Origin: Actinomycetes bacterium
GTDB lineage: Bacteria; Actinomycetota; Actinomycetes; Actinomycetales; Dermatophilaceae
Length of the DNA: 64,000 nucleotides
Assembly (NCBI GenBank): GCA_029778715.1
Contig: JAKOPT010000090.1
Coordinates: 16,336 to 80,335, forward strand
Direction: 5' to 3'
This document shows positions 1 to 10,509 of this stretch, piece by piece (the stretch's first letter is position 1; every line of letters starts with the position of its first letter). The notes under the pieces are model-generated. The model was not told the origin of the DNA and did not search any database. It saw only the letters and a program-made list of their open reading frames with translations. The position numbers were made by a program, and so were the translations under genes.

Positions 1-218
<218 letters not shown>

Positions 219-257
219 TCATATCCGGCTCATGGGAGCGGGCGCTAGGGTGCCCCC

Positions 258-2915
258 GTGACCACACCGCCGGGCCTGAGCGCCACCGAGGTCCGCGAGC
301 TGGAGGTCGCCGGCGCGACCAATGCCGCCGCTGCGCCGCCCTCCCGTTCTCTCTGGTCGATTGCCCGCACCAACCTCTTCAACTTCTTCAACAACATCCT
401 GTTCGCGATCGGCGTGGCCCTCATCGTCCTCGGCCGTTGGAACGACGCCGCGACCAGTGTGGGCCTGGGGTTGGTCAACGCCCTCATCGGCTTCGCCCAG
501 GAGGTGCGGGCCAAACGCAAACTCGACGCCATCCAACTCCTCGCGGTCCACCCGGCGACCGTCGCCCGCGACGGGCAGGCCACCGCCGTCGCGCCCGCCG
601 ACATCGTCCTCGGCGACGTCATCTCGCTCACCCCCGGGGAACAAGTCCTCGTCGACGGCGAGGTCCTCGACGGCTCGAGCCTGGGCATCGACGAATCCAT
701 GCTCACCGGTGAGGTCGACGTCATCCCCAAACGCGCCGGCGACACCGTCCACTCGGGCAGTTTCTGCGCGACCGGCGAGGGCTGGTACCGCGCCACCGCC
801 GTCGGCAACAACACCTACGCGAGCACCCTGACCTTGAGTGCGCGCGAGTTCAAGGTGAGCAAAACCCCGCTCCAACAGCGGATCAACGTCGTCGTCCGGG
901 GCGTGACCCTGCTCGTTGCGCTCATGAGTTTCGCCATCCTGTTCCAGGCGGTCCTCAACTCGTTCTCGGCAACCAAGATCGTCCAGGTGTCGGCCGTGTT
1001 GTCCGGCCAGGTGCCCTACGGCCTGTTCTTCGTCATCGCCTTGGCGTATGCCGCGGGCGCGGCCACCATCGCCAAGCGCGGCGCCCTGGTCCAGCAGACC
1101 AACGCCGTGGAAAGCCTGTCCAACGTCGACACCGTGTGCCTGGACAAGACGGGGACCCTCACCGCCAACCGCCTCGAGGTCGCCGACGTCCTGACCTTCG
1201 GCGGGGCCGACGAGGAGGCCGTGCGCCACCTCTTGGGGACGTTCGCGCGCTCCAGCCGCAGCCCCAACGCGACCTCGGGGGCCCTCGCGGCGGGGCTGCC
1301 CGGCGAGGAGACCGAGGACGCGGTCGAGGTGCCCTTCCGGTCGGCGACCAAGTGGTCGGCCCAGTCACTGCCCTCGTGGGTGCTCGGCGAACACGCCGTG
1401 CCGTGGCGCACCGTCGTCCTCGGGGCCCCCGAAATCCTGGCGCCCCTCCTGCGCGCCGACGCCAACCCGTTCACCGACGTCACTGGCGGCCGTCAACAAG
1501 CGACCAATAGGGGGATTGTTGACGGGGCCGATGCCGACCTCTTTGCCGACACGGGTGAGGGCTCGGCCCGGCTCGATGCCTGGGCCGACGAGGGGCTGCG
1601 GGTGCTCCTCGTCGCCACCTCGCCCGAAGGGATCGTGGCACCCGAGCACGACGGTGAGCAGGCGGCATACACCCCCCGCGACCTCACCCCGCTGGCGCTC
1701 GTGGCGCTGCGCGACGAACTGCGCCCGCACGCCCTGACCACCCTCAAGACCCTCCAGGACGCCGGGATCGACCTCAAGATCATCTCGGGTGACAGCCCCC
1801 GCACGGTCGCCGCGCTGGCCCGCCAGGCCGGCTTGGGACGCGACCTGCACCTGGTCACCGGGCCCGAACTGGATGCGATGAGCGACGGCGAGTTCGCCGA
1901 CGCCGCGGTCTCGGCGACGATCTTCGGCCGGGCCACTCCGGCGCACAAGGAGCGCCTCGTCGGGGCCCTCCAGCAACGCGGCCGATACGTCGCCATGCTC
2001 GGCGACGGCACCAATGATGCGTTGTCACTCAAGCGATCCGATGTGGGTGTGGCGATGGAGTCGGGGTCGCCGGTGACCCGCAACGTCGCCGATGTCGTGC
2101 TCTTGCAGGACTCCTTCGGCGCGTTGTCGCCGGCCTTCGTCGAGGGGCGACGGATCAACGCGGCCCTGACCCGCTCGCTCTATCTGTTCATCGCCCGGGT
2201 CCTCACCTCGATCCTCGCCATCGTCTTCGTGTCGATGATCGGGCTGGGTTTCCCCTACGAACCGTCCCAGGTCGCGCTCACGGTCTTCACCGTCGGCATT
2301 CCCAGCCTGTTGCTCACGCGGTGGGCTCGCCCCGAGCCCCCCGTGCCGGACCTGTTGCGGCGGCTCGCGCGGTTCGTGCTTCCGGCCGGCATCGTCACGG
2401 CGATCATCGGCACGGTCATCTACGCCTACTTCTACAAACTCATCCAGAACGGCATCACCTCGAGCCATGTCCCGGCGCGTGCCGTCGAACGATGGTCGAG
2501 TTACACCGGGCTCAACTTCGGGGACCCCGGATTCGAGACGGCGACGGCGACAATCGTGGCTCAGTCGGCCCTGTCGAGTTTCGTCACGTTCGCCGCCTTC
2601 GGACTGCTGCTCTTCATCGAGCCACCGGCCCGGTTCTTCACCGGGTGGGTGGAGCGGGTCTCGCCCGACAAGCGGCCGGCGTGGCTGGCCCTCGTCCTCA
2701 CCGTCGTCATGCTCGTCGTGCTCCGCGTCGATGCGCTCGCCGGCTATTTCGGCATGGTCACACCGGGGTTTCGCGCGCCCGAGTGGAAGGTCTACGCGGG
2801 GGCGTTGATCGTGTGGTTCTTCCTCCTGCGGACCTTGTGGCGGCGCAGGTGGTTCGACAAGTTCCTCGGGATCGATCACCCCGACCCCACGAGTGCGGGG
2901 GCACCGCCTCGGTAA
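258..2915 (+). CDS. P-type cation-transporting ATPase (CtpE-like, HAD-IC)
   Basis: DKTGTLT phosphorylation motif, TGE, ISGD, GDGTND, multiple TM segments. Confidence 0.93.
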   Translation: MTTPPGLSATEVRELEVAGATNAAAAPPSRSLWSIARTNLFNFFNNILFAIGVALIVLGRWNDAATSVGLGLVNALIGFAQEVRAKRKLDAIQLLAVHPATVARDGQATAVAPADIVLGDVISLTPGEQVLVDGEVLDGSSLGIDESMLTGEVDVIPKRAGDTVHSGSFCATGEGWYRATAVGNNTYASTLTLSAREFKVSKTPLQQRINVVVRGVTLLVALMSFAILFQAVLNSFSATKIVQVSAVLSGQVPYGLFFVIALAYAAGAATIAKRGALVQQTNAVESLSNVDTVCLDKTGTLTANRLEVADVLTFGGADEEAVRHLLGTFARSSRSPNATSGALAAGLPGEETEDAVEVPFRSATKWSAQSLPSWVLGEHAVPWRTVVLGAPEILAPLLRADANPFTDVTGGRQQATNRGIVDGADADLFADTGEGSARLDAWADEGLRVLLVATSPEGIVAPEHDGEQAAYTPRDLTPLALVALRDELRPHALTTLKTLQDAGIDLKIISGDSPRTVAALARQAGLGRDLHLVTGPELDAMSDGEFADAAVSATIFGRATPAHKERLVGALQQRGRYVAMLGDGTNDALSLKRSDVGVAMESGSPVTRNVADVVLLQDSFGALSPAFVEGRRINAALTRSLYLFIARVLTSILAIVFVSMIGLGFPYEPSQVALTVFTVGIPSLLLTRWARPEPPVPDLLRRLARFVLPAGIVTAIIGTVIYAYFYKLIQNGITSSHVPARAVERWSSYTGLNFGDPGFETATATIVAQSALSSFVTFAAFGLLLFIEPPARFFTGWVERVSPDKRPAWLALVLTVVMLVVLRVDALAGYFGMVTPGFRAPEWKVYAGALIVWFFLLRTLWRRRWFDKFLGIDHPDPTSAGAPPR
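1492..1523 (-). repeat. Diverged copy of the 32-bp palindromic repeat, in-frame inside the ATPase
   Basis: GTCAACAAGCGACCAATAGGGGGATTGTTGAC matches the reverse complement of the 3018-3049 copy with 4 mismatches. Confidence 0.8.
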
Positions 2916-3049
2916 ACAATCCACCTATTGGTGGGTTGTTTACGAGTTGAGAGGGTCCGCCTTGGTAAACAATCCACCTATTGGTGGGTTGTTTACGAGT
3001 TGAGAGGGTCCGCCTTGGTAAACAATCCACCTATTGGTCGATTGTTTAC
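2912..3049. repeat. Three tandem 32-bp palindromes (53-bp period) between convergent genes
   Basis: GTAAACAATCCACCTATTGGTGGGTTGTTTAC at 2912 and 2965, variant at 3018, separated by identical 21-bp linkers. Confidence 0.95.
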
Positions 3050-3771
3050 GAGGTGAGGGGGTCCTCCTCGCCGTAGCCGCGCAGCACGAGGGTCCGGTCG
3101 AAGTCGCCGAGCGGACCGGCCGCGGCCCGGGCGCACAAGGATTCGACGGTGTCGACCCCCGCGCGCACGAATCGGCCCGACCACGCATCGAGGCGTCCGT
3201 CGGCGAAGGCGAGGACCAGGTCGCTCACGGCGTGCGGCGCGGTCCATTCCGTGCGGTCCCGATGTGCGTCCATGGCGGTCGTCATGTCGGTGCGCACCAC
3301 CCCGGGCATGAGGTCGAGGGTGGGGATGCCGACCAGGTGCGTCGATCCGGTGAGCCGCGCCAACGCCGTCTTGCTCACGTTGTATGCCGTGGCCACAGCG
3401 CCCGCGCGCACGCCGGCCCCCGAGTTGAGGTTGACGATCCGACCGCGGCCCTGGGCGCGCATGGCCCGCCCAACCAGCCAGGTCATGAGGTAGGGGCCGA
3501 CTACATTGACGTCGATCACCGCCCGCCACTGGTCGGGGTCCGAATCGAGCAGGTCGACCTCGGCGTCGATGATCCCCGCGTTGTTGACGAGCAGATCGAT
3601 CCGCCCATGCCGGGCCAGGATCTGCTCGACCCAAGCGGTGAGCGCGGCCCGGTCGGTGACCGGCGCCACCGCGCTCGAGCCGCGCTCCACGGCATACCCG
3701 GCCGCCGCCAAGGCATCGGCGACGTGGGCGCCGATACCGCGCGACGCGCCGGTGACGACCGCGACCCTCAT
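3046..3771 (-). CDS. SDR family oxidoreductase
   Basis: TGASRGIG, NNAG and YNVSK motifs; ATGA overlap with the pheT stop. Confidence 0.9.
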   Translation of the reverse strand: MRVAVVTGASRGIGAHVADALAAAGYAVERGSSAVAPVTDRAALTAWVEQILARHGRIDLLVNNAGIIDAEVDLLDSDPDQWRAVIDVNVVGPYLMTWLVGRAMRAQGRGRIVNLNSGAGVRAGAVATAYNVSKTALARLTGSTHLVGIPTLDLMPGVVRTDMTTAMDAHRDRTEWTAPHAVSDLVLAFADGRLDAWSGRFVRAGVDTVESLCARAAAGPLGDFDRTLVLRGYGEEDPLTS

Positions 3772-6350
3772 GCCCGCTGGACCGCACCCAGCCGCGACGC
3801 CGCCTGCGCGAGCGCCGCGTCGCGCAGGGCACTGACCTCCTCGGTGCGCAGGGTGCGTTCGGGCGCGCGGGCGGTGAGCCGGTAGGCGAGCGACTTCTTG
3901 CCTTCTCCCACCTGGTCGCCGCGGTAGACGTCGAAGAGCGTGACCGACTCCAGGTGCTCGCCGGCCCCGGCGACCAGAGCCTCCTCGACCGCCGCCGCCG
4001 GGATGTCCTCGTCGACGACGAGCGCGAGGTCGGTGTAGGCGAGGGGGGTCGTCACGAGCGTGCGCGCCGTCACCGTCGCTTCGGACGCGGCGGTGAGAAC
4101 ATCGAGGTCGAGTTCCCCGCCGACGGTGCGCGGTGGCACCCCGAGGGCGGCGATGACGTGCGGGTGCAACTCGCCGACGTGCCCGACGAGAGTGCCGTCG
4201 GACAGGGTCACCCGGGCGCAACGGCCGGGGTGATAGGGCATCGGGTTGTCGGCGGTGACGACGACCTCGACGGCCAGGGCCGCGGCCAGGCTGCGGACCA
4301 GGGCCACGGCGTCGTGGACATCGACGGCCCGGCCCGGGCCCCACCAGCCGGCGCGGTCCCGGTCCCCGGCGAGCAGCAGGCCGAGGTGTCGCGGCTGGCG
4401 CGGCACGGCGGCCGTGATCGCCTCGAGCACCTCCAGTGCCGGGTGTACCCCGACCTCCTCGGTGGGGGCGGACCGTTGCGGACCGTCGAGGTCGACGACC
4501 AGCCCGATCTCGAAGAGCGCGACATCCTTGGCGCCGCGGCTGACGTTACGGGCCAGGGCATCGACCATGGTGGTCAGCACGCTGGTGCGCATGAGTGGCG
4601 CTTCGTCGGAGAGCGGGTTGGCGATGCTCACCGTGCGCGCCCGGGTGGCGGCGGCATCCCAGCCGAAGGCCGTATGCCGCGTCTCCCCGACGAACGGTGC
4701 GCTCCAGATCTCGCTCAGGCCCTGGGCGGCCAGGACATCGGCGACCAGCCGACGCACCGACTGGGCGTGGGTGAGACCCCGGCCACCCGGGGTGGTCGGC
4801 ACGACCGAGGGAATCCGCTCGTAGCCGTCGATGCGGGCCACCTCCTCGACGAGGTCGGGGGCGGTGCGCAGGTCGGGACGCCACGAGGGCGGGGTGACGA
4901 GGAACTCCGAGGCTTCGCCGGCGTCGCCGTCCACCGGGTCGGTCTCGACCTGCTCGACCCGGCACCCGATCTCGGTGAGGATGCGCGCGACGTCGGCCGC
5001 GGCATACGGAACCCCGACGTAGCGGCCCGGGAAGGCGGGATCGAGGGTGATGACCTCGGGAACCCAAGGGTCGCCCACGTCGGTGACGCCCGCGTCGGCC
5101 GTGCCGCCGCCATAGGTGACGAGCAGGTGGACGGCGAGTTCGGCGGCGGCTGGGGCCAGCAACGGATCGACGCCCCGCTCGAAACGACGGGAGGCCTCCG
5201 AGGGCAACTTGTGCCGACGCGCCGAGCGCGCCACCGTCACCGGGTCGAAGTGGGCCGCCTCGATGAGCACGTCGGTCGTCGACTCCGTGACCTCGGTGCT
5301 CGCCCCGCCCATGACGCCGGCGATGGCGATCGGGGCGCCGCCCCCGTCGGTGATGAGCAGGTCCTCGGGGGACAACGCCCGGTCGACGTCGTCAAGGGTC
5401 GTCATGCGCTCCCCCGGCGCTGCCCGGCGCACGACGATCTCCGCACCCAGCCGGGCCAGGTCGAAGGCGTGCAGCGGCTGCCCCAGGCCGAGCATGACGT
5501 AGTTGGTCACGTCCACGGGCAGGCTGATCGGTCGCATCCCGGCCTCGGTGAGCCGGGCCTTCATCCACGTCGGTGAGGGGGCCGCGACGTCGATGCCGCG
5601 CACGATCCGCGCGACGTAACGCCCGCAGCCGGCCCGCCCGCGGATCGGAGCCTCGTCGGCCAGCCGGACGGCATACCCGCGATCGTTGGCCGGCGGGGCC
5701 GAAGCCGCGAGCGCGAGCACCGGGTCGGTGTATGCCGCGCCGGTCGCGTGGGCGTATTCGCGGGCGATGCCGCGGATCGAGAAGCAGTAGCCACGATCGG
5801 GGGTGACGTTGACCTCGACGGTTTCCCGGTCGAGGCCGAGGATCGCGATGGCGTCGGCGCCGGGGACCAGGCGGGCGAGTTGGTCGGTGTCGCCGGCGAA
5901 CCGGCGGGTGAGGACGATGATCCCGTCGTGGTCGTCACCGAGGCCGAGTTCGCGCTCGCTGGTGATCATGCCGGCCGACACGTGCCTGTACGTCTTGCGG
6001 GCCGACACGGTCAGCGGCCCCTGCGGGGTGGGGAGCACACCGCCGGGCAGGATGACCGGCACGAGGTCGCCGACCTCGAAGTTGTGGGCGCCGCAGACGA
6101 CCCACTGCGGGTCGCCGGTGCCGTTGGCCTCACCCACGTCGAGGCTGCACCAGTTGATGGTCTTGCCGTTCTTCTGCGGCTCGGGGGTCTTGGTGAGGAC
6201 GCGGCCGACGACGAGCGGGCCGGTGACCCCGCCACCGTGCAGCGCCTCCTCCTCCAACCCGACCGCAACCAGGTCGGCGGCGATCTGGGCGCCGGTCGTG
6301 CCGGGGGGCACGGCGGCATACTCGGCGAGCCAATCCACGGGAACGCGCAT
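3768..6350 (-). CDS. pheT: Phenylalanine--tRNA ligase beta subunit
   Basis: MRVPVDWL start, VVCGAHN, TPDRGYCFSIRG, RFERGVDP, FDVYRG..GKKSLAY. Confidence 0.98.
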   Translation of the reverse strand: MRVPVDWLAEYAAVPPGTTGAQIAADLVAVGLEEEALHGGGVTGPLVVGRVLTKTPEPQKNGKTINWCSLDVGEANGTGDPQWVVCGAHNFEVGDLVPVILPGGVLPTPQGPLTVSARKTYRHVSAGMITSERELGLGDDHDGIIVLTRRFAGDTDQLARLVPGADAIAILGLDRETVEVNVTPDRGYCFSIRGIAREYAHATGAAYTDPVLALAASAPPANDRGYAVRLADEAPIRGRAGCGRYVARIVRGIDVAAPSPTWMKARLTEAGMRPISLPVDVTNYVMLGLGQPLHAFDLARLGAEIVVRRAAPGERMTTLDDVDRALSPEDLLITDGGGAPIAIAGVMGGASTEVTESTTDVLIEAAHFDPVTVARSARRHKLPSEASRRFERGVDPLLAPAAAELAVHLLVTYGGGTADAGVTDVGDPWVPEVITLDPAFPGRYVGVPYAAADVARILTEIGCRVEQVETDPVDGDAGEASEFLVTPPSWRPDLRTAPDLVEEVARIDGYERIPSVVPTTPGGRGLTHAQSVRRLVADVLAAQGLSEIWSAPFVGETRHTAFGWDAAATRARTVSIANPLSDEAPLMRTSVLTTMVDALARNVSRGAKDVALFEIGLVVDLDGPQRSAPTEEVGVHPALEVLEAITAAVPRQPRHLGLLLAGDRDRAGWWGPGRAVDVHDAVALVRSLAAALAVEVVVTADNPMPYHPGRCARVTLSDGTLVGHVGELHPHVIAALGVPPRTVGGELDLDVLTAASEATVTARTLVTTPLAYTDLALVVDEDIPAAAVEEALVAGAGEHLESVTLFDVYRGDQVGEGKKSLAYRLTARAPERTLRTEEVSALRDAALAQAASRLGAVQRA

Positions 6351-6351
6351 G

Positions 6352-7668
<1,317 letters not shown>

Positions 7669-8256
7669 TCAACCGCTTGTGGACGCGGCCGGCGGGCCAC
7701 CGTCGCTCTCGATGGCGGTGCGGACGAGCACGGCGAACTCGGCCGCCGCCTCGTCCGCGCCCTCCCGGTCGCCGTCGACGAGCAGGTCGAAGAGGAGCCC
7801 CTGTCCGACGCCAACGGTGACCCGGGCCAGGCGACGCGCCCGGCTCGGGTCCACGTAGCGCTCGTAGACGGCGGTGAAGGCGCGCAGTTGGGCGGCGACC
7901 ATGACCTCGCCGAGATGGGCGGCATACGGCTCCCGACGCATCGCGTGGGTGGCCAGTTCAAACCAGAGCGCGCCATAGCGATCGGCACCCTCGGCCGTGG
8001 CCACCCAGTTGCGTCGACCGGCCGCCAGCGGGTCGGAATCGTCGGCGAACAACGCCGCCATCTGGTCGGCCTGGCTCCCGGCGATCGCCTCGATCACAGC
8101 GGCCAGGACATCCCCTCGGGAGCCGAAGTGGTAGTGGAGCATCCGCTGGCTGGTGCCGATCGCCGCAGCGAGGGTCCGCAGACTCGTGTCGCGCACGCCG
8201 TTGCGGGCGTAGTAGTCGACGACCCGGGCGAGCAGATCCTCACGCGCCGCGGACAC
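7669..8256 (-). CDS. TetR/AcrR family transcriptional regulator
   Basis: N-terminal HTH SLRTLAAAIGTSQRMLHYHFGS; GTG start overlaps the upstream gene. Confidence 0.9.
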   Translation of the reverse strand: MSAAREDLLARVVDYYARNGVRDTSLRTLAAAIGTSQRMLHYHFGSRGDVLAAVIEAIAGSQADQMAALFADDSDPLAAGRRNWVATAEGADRYGALWFELATHAMRREPYAAHLGEVMVAAQLRAFTAVYERYVDPSRARRLARVTVGVGQGLLFDLLVDGDREGADEAAAEFAVLVRTAIESDGGPPAASTSG

Positions 8257-8671
8257 GGCGCTCGGCTTCGGCGACCATCGCCGCGGCCTCGCCGGCGATG
8301 AGCCGCCCGGCGCGGGGGCCGACGAGGGCGCGGACGAGTGGCGCCAGGACACCGGACCACGCCAGCGTCAACTCCAGGGCGGCACCGGTGGGGGTCTCGG
8401 TGATCTCGTGGCGAGCCGTGCTCGTCAGCCCGGGCGAGCGCGCGACCCAGGTGAAGGAGTGGCCCGGCAGCCACTGGGTCACCTCATACACCGCCGAGGG
8501 CAACCCGGGTTGAGCGACCCGGTAGCGGGCGCCGGCCCGCTCGCCCGGCCGCCCGTCGACCAGGGCCACCGACGTGAACGTGGGCACCAGGTCGGGCCAC
8601 GCAGTCACGTCGCTCACCACCTGCCACAGCGTGCCGGCATCGACGGTGCTCGCGACCTTAACCTGCTTCAT
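8240..8671 (-). CDS. SRPBCC (polyketide cyclase/dehydrase) family protein
   Basis: LWQVVSDVTAWPDL pattern and typical size. Confidence 0.8.
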   Translation of the reverse strand: MKQVKVASTVDAGTLWQVVSDVTAWPDLVPTFTSVALVDGRPGERAGARYRVAQPGLPSAVYEVTQWLPGHSFTWVARSPGLTSTARHEITETPTGAALELTLAWSGVLAPLVRALVGPRAGRLIAGEAAAMVAEAERRVRGA

Positions 8672-8686
8672 GTATCAAACGATACA
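8671..8686. promoter_or_regulatory. Probable TetR operator
   Basis: Perfect inverted repeat TGTATC-AAAC-GATACA abutting the start of the SRPBCC-TetR operon. Confidence 0.65.
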
Positions 8687-8731
8687 CGAAGAGGGCGCGC
8701 CGTCCCCAGCGCCGGGACGGCAGCGCCGGGG

Positions 8732-9886
8732 CTACCTCCCCCATCTCGTTCGGGCGCTCAGTGCGCCGAGCACCGCGACGACGAGCCCGAGGACGGCGAC
8801 GGACGCGAAGGCCCAGGGCGGGCCGGCGGCGTCGACCGCCAGGCCGGCCAAGGGCGCACCGGCGGCACTCCCCGAGGTCATCGCCGCGCTGTGCCAGCCC
8901 AAGGCTTCCCCACGAGCCCGCTCGGGCACGGCCTGACTCAGCGCTTCGACACCGGCGGTGATGACGGGCTGGCAGGCGATCCCGGCGACGAACACCCACG
9001 CCCCGAGCGACCAGAGCCCGACCGAGAACGCCGGGAGCATGGTGAGTAAGGCCAGAGCGGCCAGCAGCACCCGCAGATCGAGGGACCGGTGCAGGCCACC
9101 GTAGAGCGCGCCACCGACGAGCGAACCCACGGCCCAGGCCGCCATAACGACGCCGACGAGCCCAGGTCGGCCATGCGAGCGCACCACGGCGACGATCCCC
9201 AACTCGGTGCCGGAGAGCATGACGGCGGCCACGGCGCAGGCCGCGACGATGCCCAGGAAACGCAGCCGCAACCACACCCGCCGGGGCACATGCGGACCCA
9301 CGGCCCCCGCGGTGGTGATCGGCAGGTTCACCCACCACAGCAACGCCCCGCCCGCGGCGAATAGCAGAGACACCAAGACGAGCATCCCGGTCGTCTGCCA
9401 GGCGGCGGCCACTGCCACCGCGATGGCCGGGCCGATCGCCGCGGACAGTTCGAGGACCATGCCATCGAGGGATAGGGCGGTACGGCGCTGCTCCTCCGGA
9501 ACGGCCGTCATGAGGGCCTGTCGGATGACCGCTTGCCCGGGCACAGTGAACAGGCTCGAGCCCGCACAGACGACGAGCAGGCCGGCATAGCCCACCCAGG
9601 GCACGGCAGCTGCGGCCACCACCTGGGCCAGGATCGCCGGCACCAACACCGGGCGCAGCCCGTGCCGGTCGAGCAGCCGCCCCCGCCATGGCGCCCCGAC
9701 CCCGATGGCGACCAACAGGACGGCGGTCGCGACGCCGGCCGCGGCATACGAGCGATGCAAGGTGCCCACGATGTGGAGGGTGAGGACGACGCCGAGGGTG
9801 AACAGCGGCATCCGGACCAGAAACCCCAGCCCGATGGCCCGCCGGACGGCCGGCACGGCGAGCACGGGGCGATAGGCGGTGAACAT
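8732..9886 (-). CDS. MFS transporter
   Basis: About 12 hydrophobic segments and GRLLDRHG motif A. Confidence 0.88.
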   Translation of the reverse strand: MFTAYRPVLAVPAVRRAIGLGFLVRMPLFTLGVVLTLHIVGTLHRSYAAAGVATAVLLVAIGVGAPWRGRLLDRHGLRPVLVPAILAQVVAAAAVPWVGYAGLLVVCAGSSLFTVPGQAVIRQALMTAVPEEQRRTALSLDGMVLELSAAIGPAIAVAVAAAWQTTGMLVLVSLLFAAGGALLWWVNLPITTAGAVGPHVPRRVWLRLRFLGIVAACAVAAVMLSGTELGIVAVVRSHGRPGLVGVVMAAWAVGSLVGGALYGGLHRSLDLRVLLAALALLTMLPAFSVGLWSLGAWVFVAGIACQPVITAGVEALSQAVPERARGEALGWHSAAMTSGSAAGAPLAGLAVDAAGPPWAFASVAVLGLVVAVLGALSARTRWGR

Positions 9887-9963
9887 GGCCCGCCCATGGT
9901 GTCAGAGCCCACCGACACACGTTCGCCGCGGTCGCCAGGCTCGACACCCGAGCACCAGACACC

Positions 9964-9986
9964 TAGAATGGATTCATTCCATAAAA
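9964..9986. promoter_or_regulatory. AT-rich candidate Fur autoregulatory site/promoter
   Basis: TAGAATGGATTCATTCCATAAAA contains ATGGA-N5-TCCAT, upstream of the fur gene. Confidence 0.45.
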
Positions 9987-10013
9987 CACTCCGGTCCAGA
10001 ATCCGGGGTGGCG

Positions 10014-10463
10014 ATGGCAGGAGCCGAGGTGACCGACACCACCCACGCCCACCGCATCGACGAGCCCAGCGCCCTGTTGCGAGCGGCCGGGTTGCGCGTC
10101 ACCGCCCCTCGGGTGGCCGTCCTCGCCGCGCTGCGCGAGCACCGGCACGCCGACGCCGACACCCTCATCGCCACCACGCGAGCCCGGCTCGGTTCGGTCT
10201 CCACCCAGGCCGTCTACGACGTCCTCAAGGCGCTCGTCGACGCCGGTCTGGTCCGCCGCATCGAACCCGCCGGCTCCCCCGCCCGGTACGAACCCCACAC
10301 CCACGACAACCATCACCACCTCGTATGCCGCACCTGCGGCCGGATCGAGGACGTCGACTGCGCGGCCGGTCGCCGCCCGTGCCTCGACGTCGTCGACGAT
10401 TTCGGCTTCACCATCGACGAGGCCGAGGTCGTCTATTGGGGCCAGTGCCCCGATTGCGCTTGA
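10014..10463 (+). CDS. Fur family regulator (FurA/PerR-like); start may instead be GTG at 10029
   Basis: GLRVTAPR, STQAVY, DNHHHLVCRTCG, YWGQCPDC. Confidence 0.92.
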   Translation: MAGAEVTDTTHAHRIDEPSALLRAAGLRVTAPRVAVLAALREHRHADADTLIATTRARLGSVSTQAVYDVLKALVDAGLVRRIEPAGSPARYEPHTHDNHHHLVCRTCGRIEDVDCAAGRRPCLDVVDDFGFTIDEAEVVYWGQCPDCA

Positions 10464-10509
10464 TTCGAGGTATTACCGCACGGATTCCCCGGCGTTTTTA
10501 CCTCGAATC
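10462..10509. terminator. Inverted repeat between convergent fur and kinase genes
   Basis: GATTCGAGGTA...TACCTCGAATC; both stop codons overlap the arms. Confidence 0.55.

Noticed and set aside
2912-3049. CRISPR array (32-bp palindromic repeats x3)
   Set aside because: Both 21-bp spacers are identical and short, there is no leader or cas gene, and the outer copies overlap gene stops
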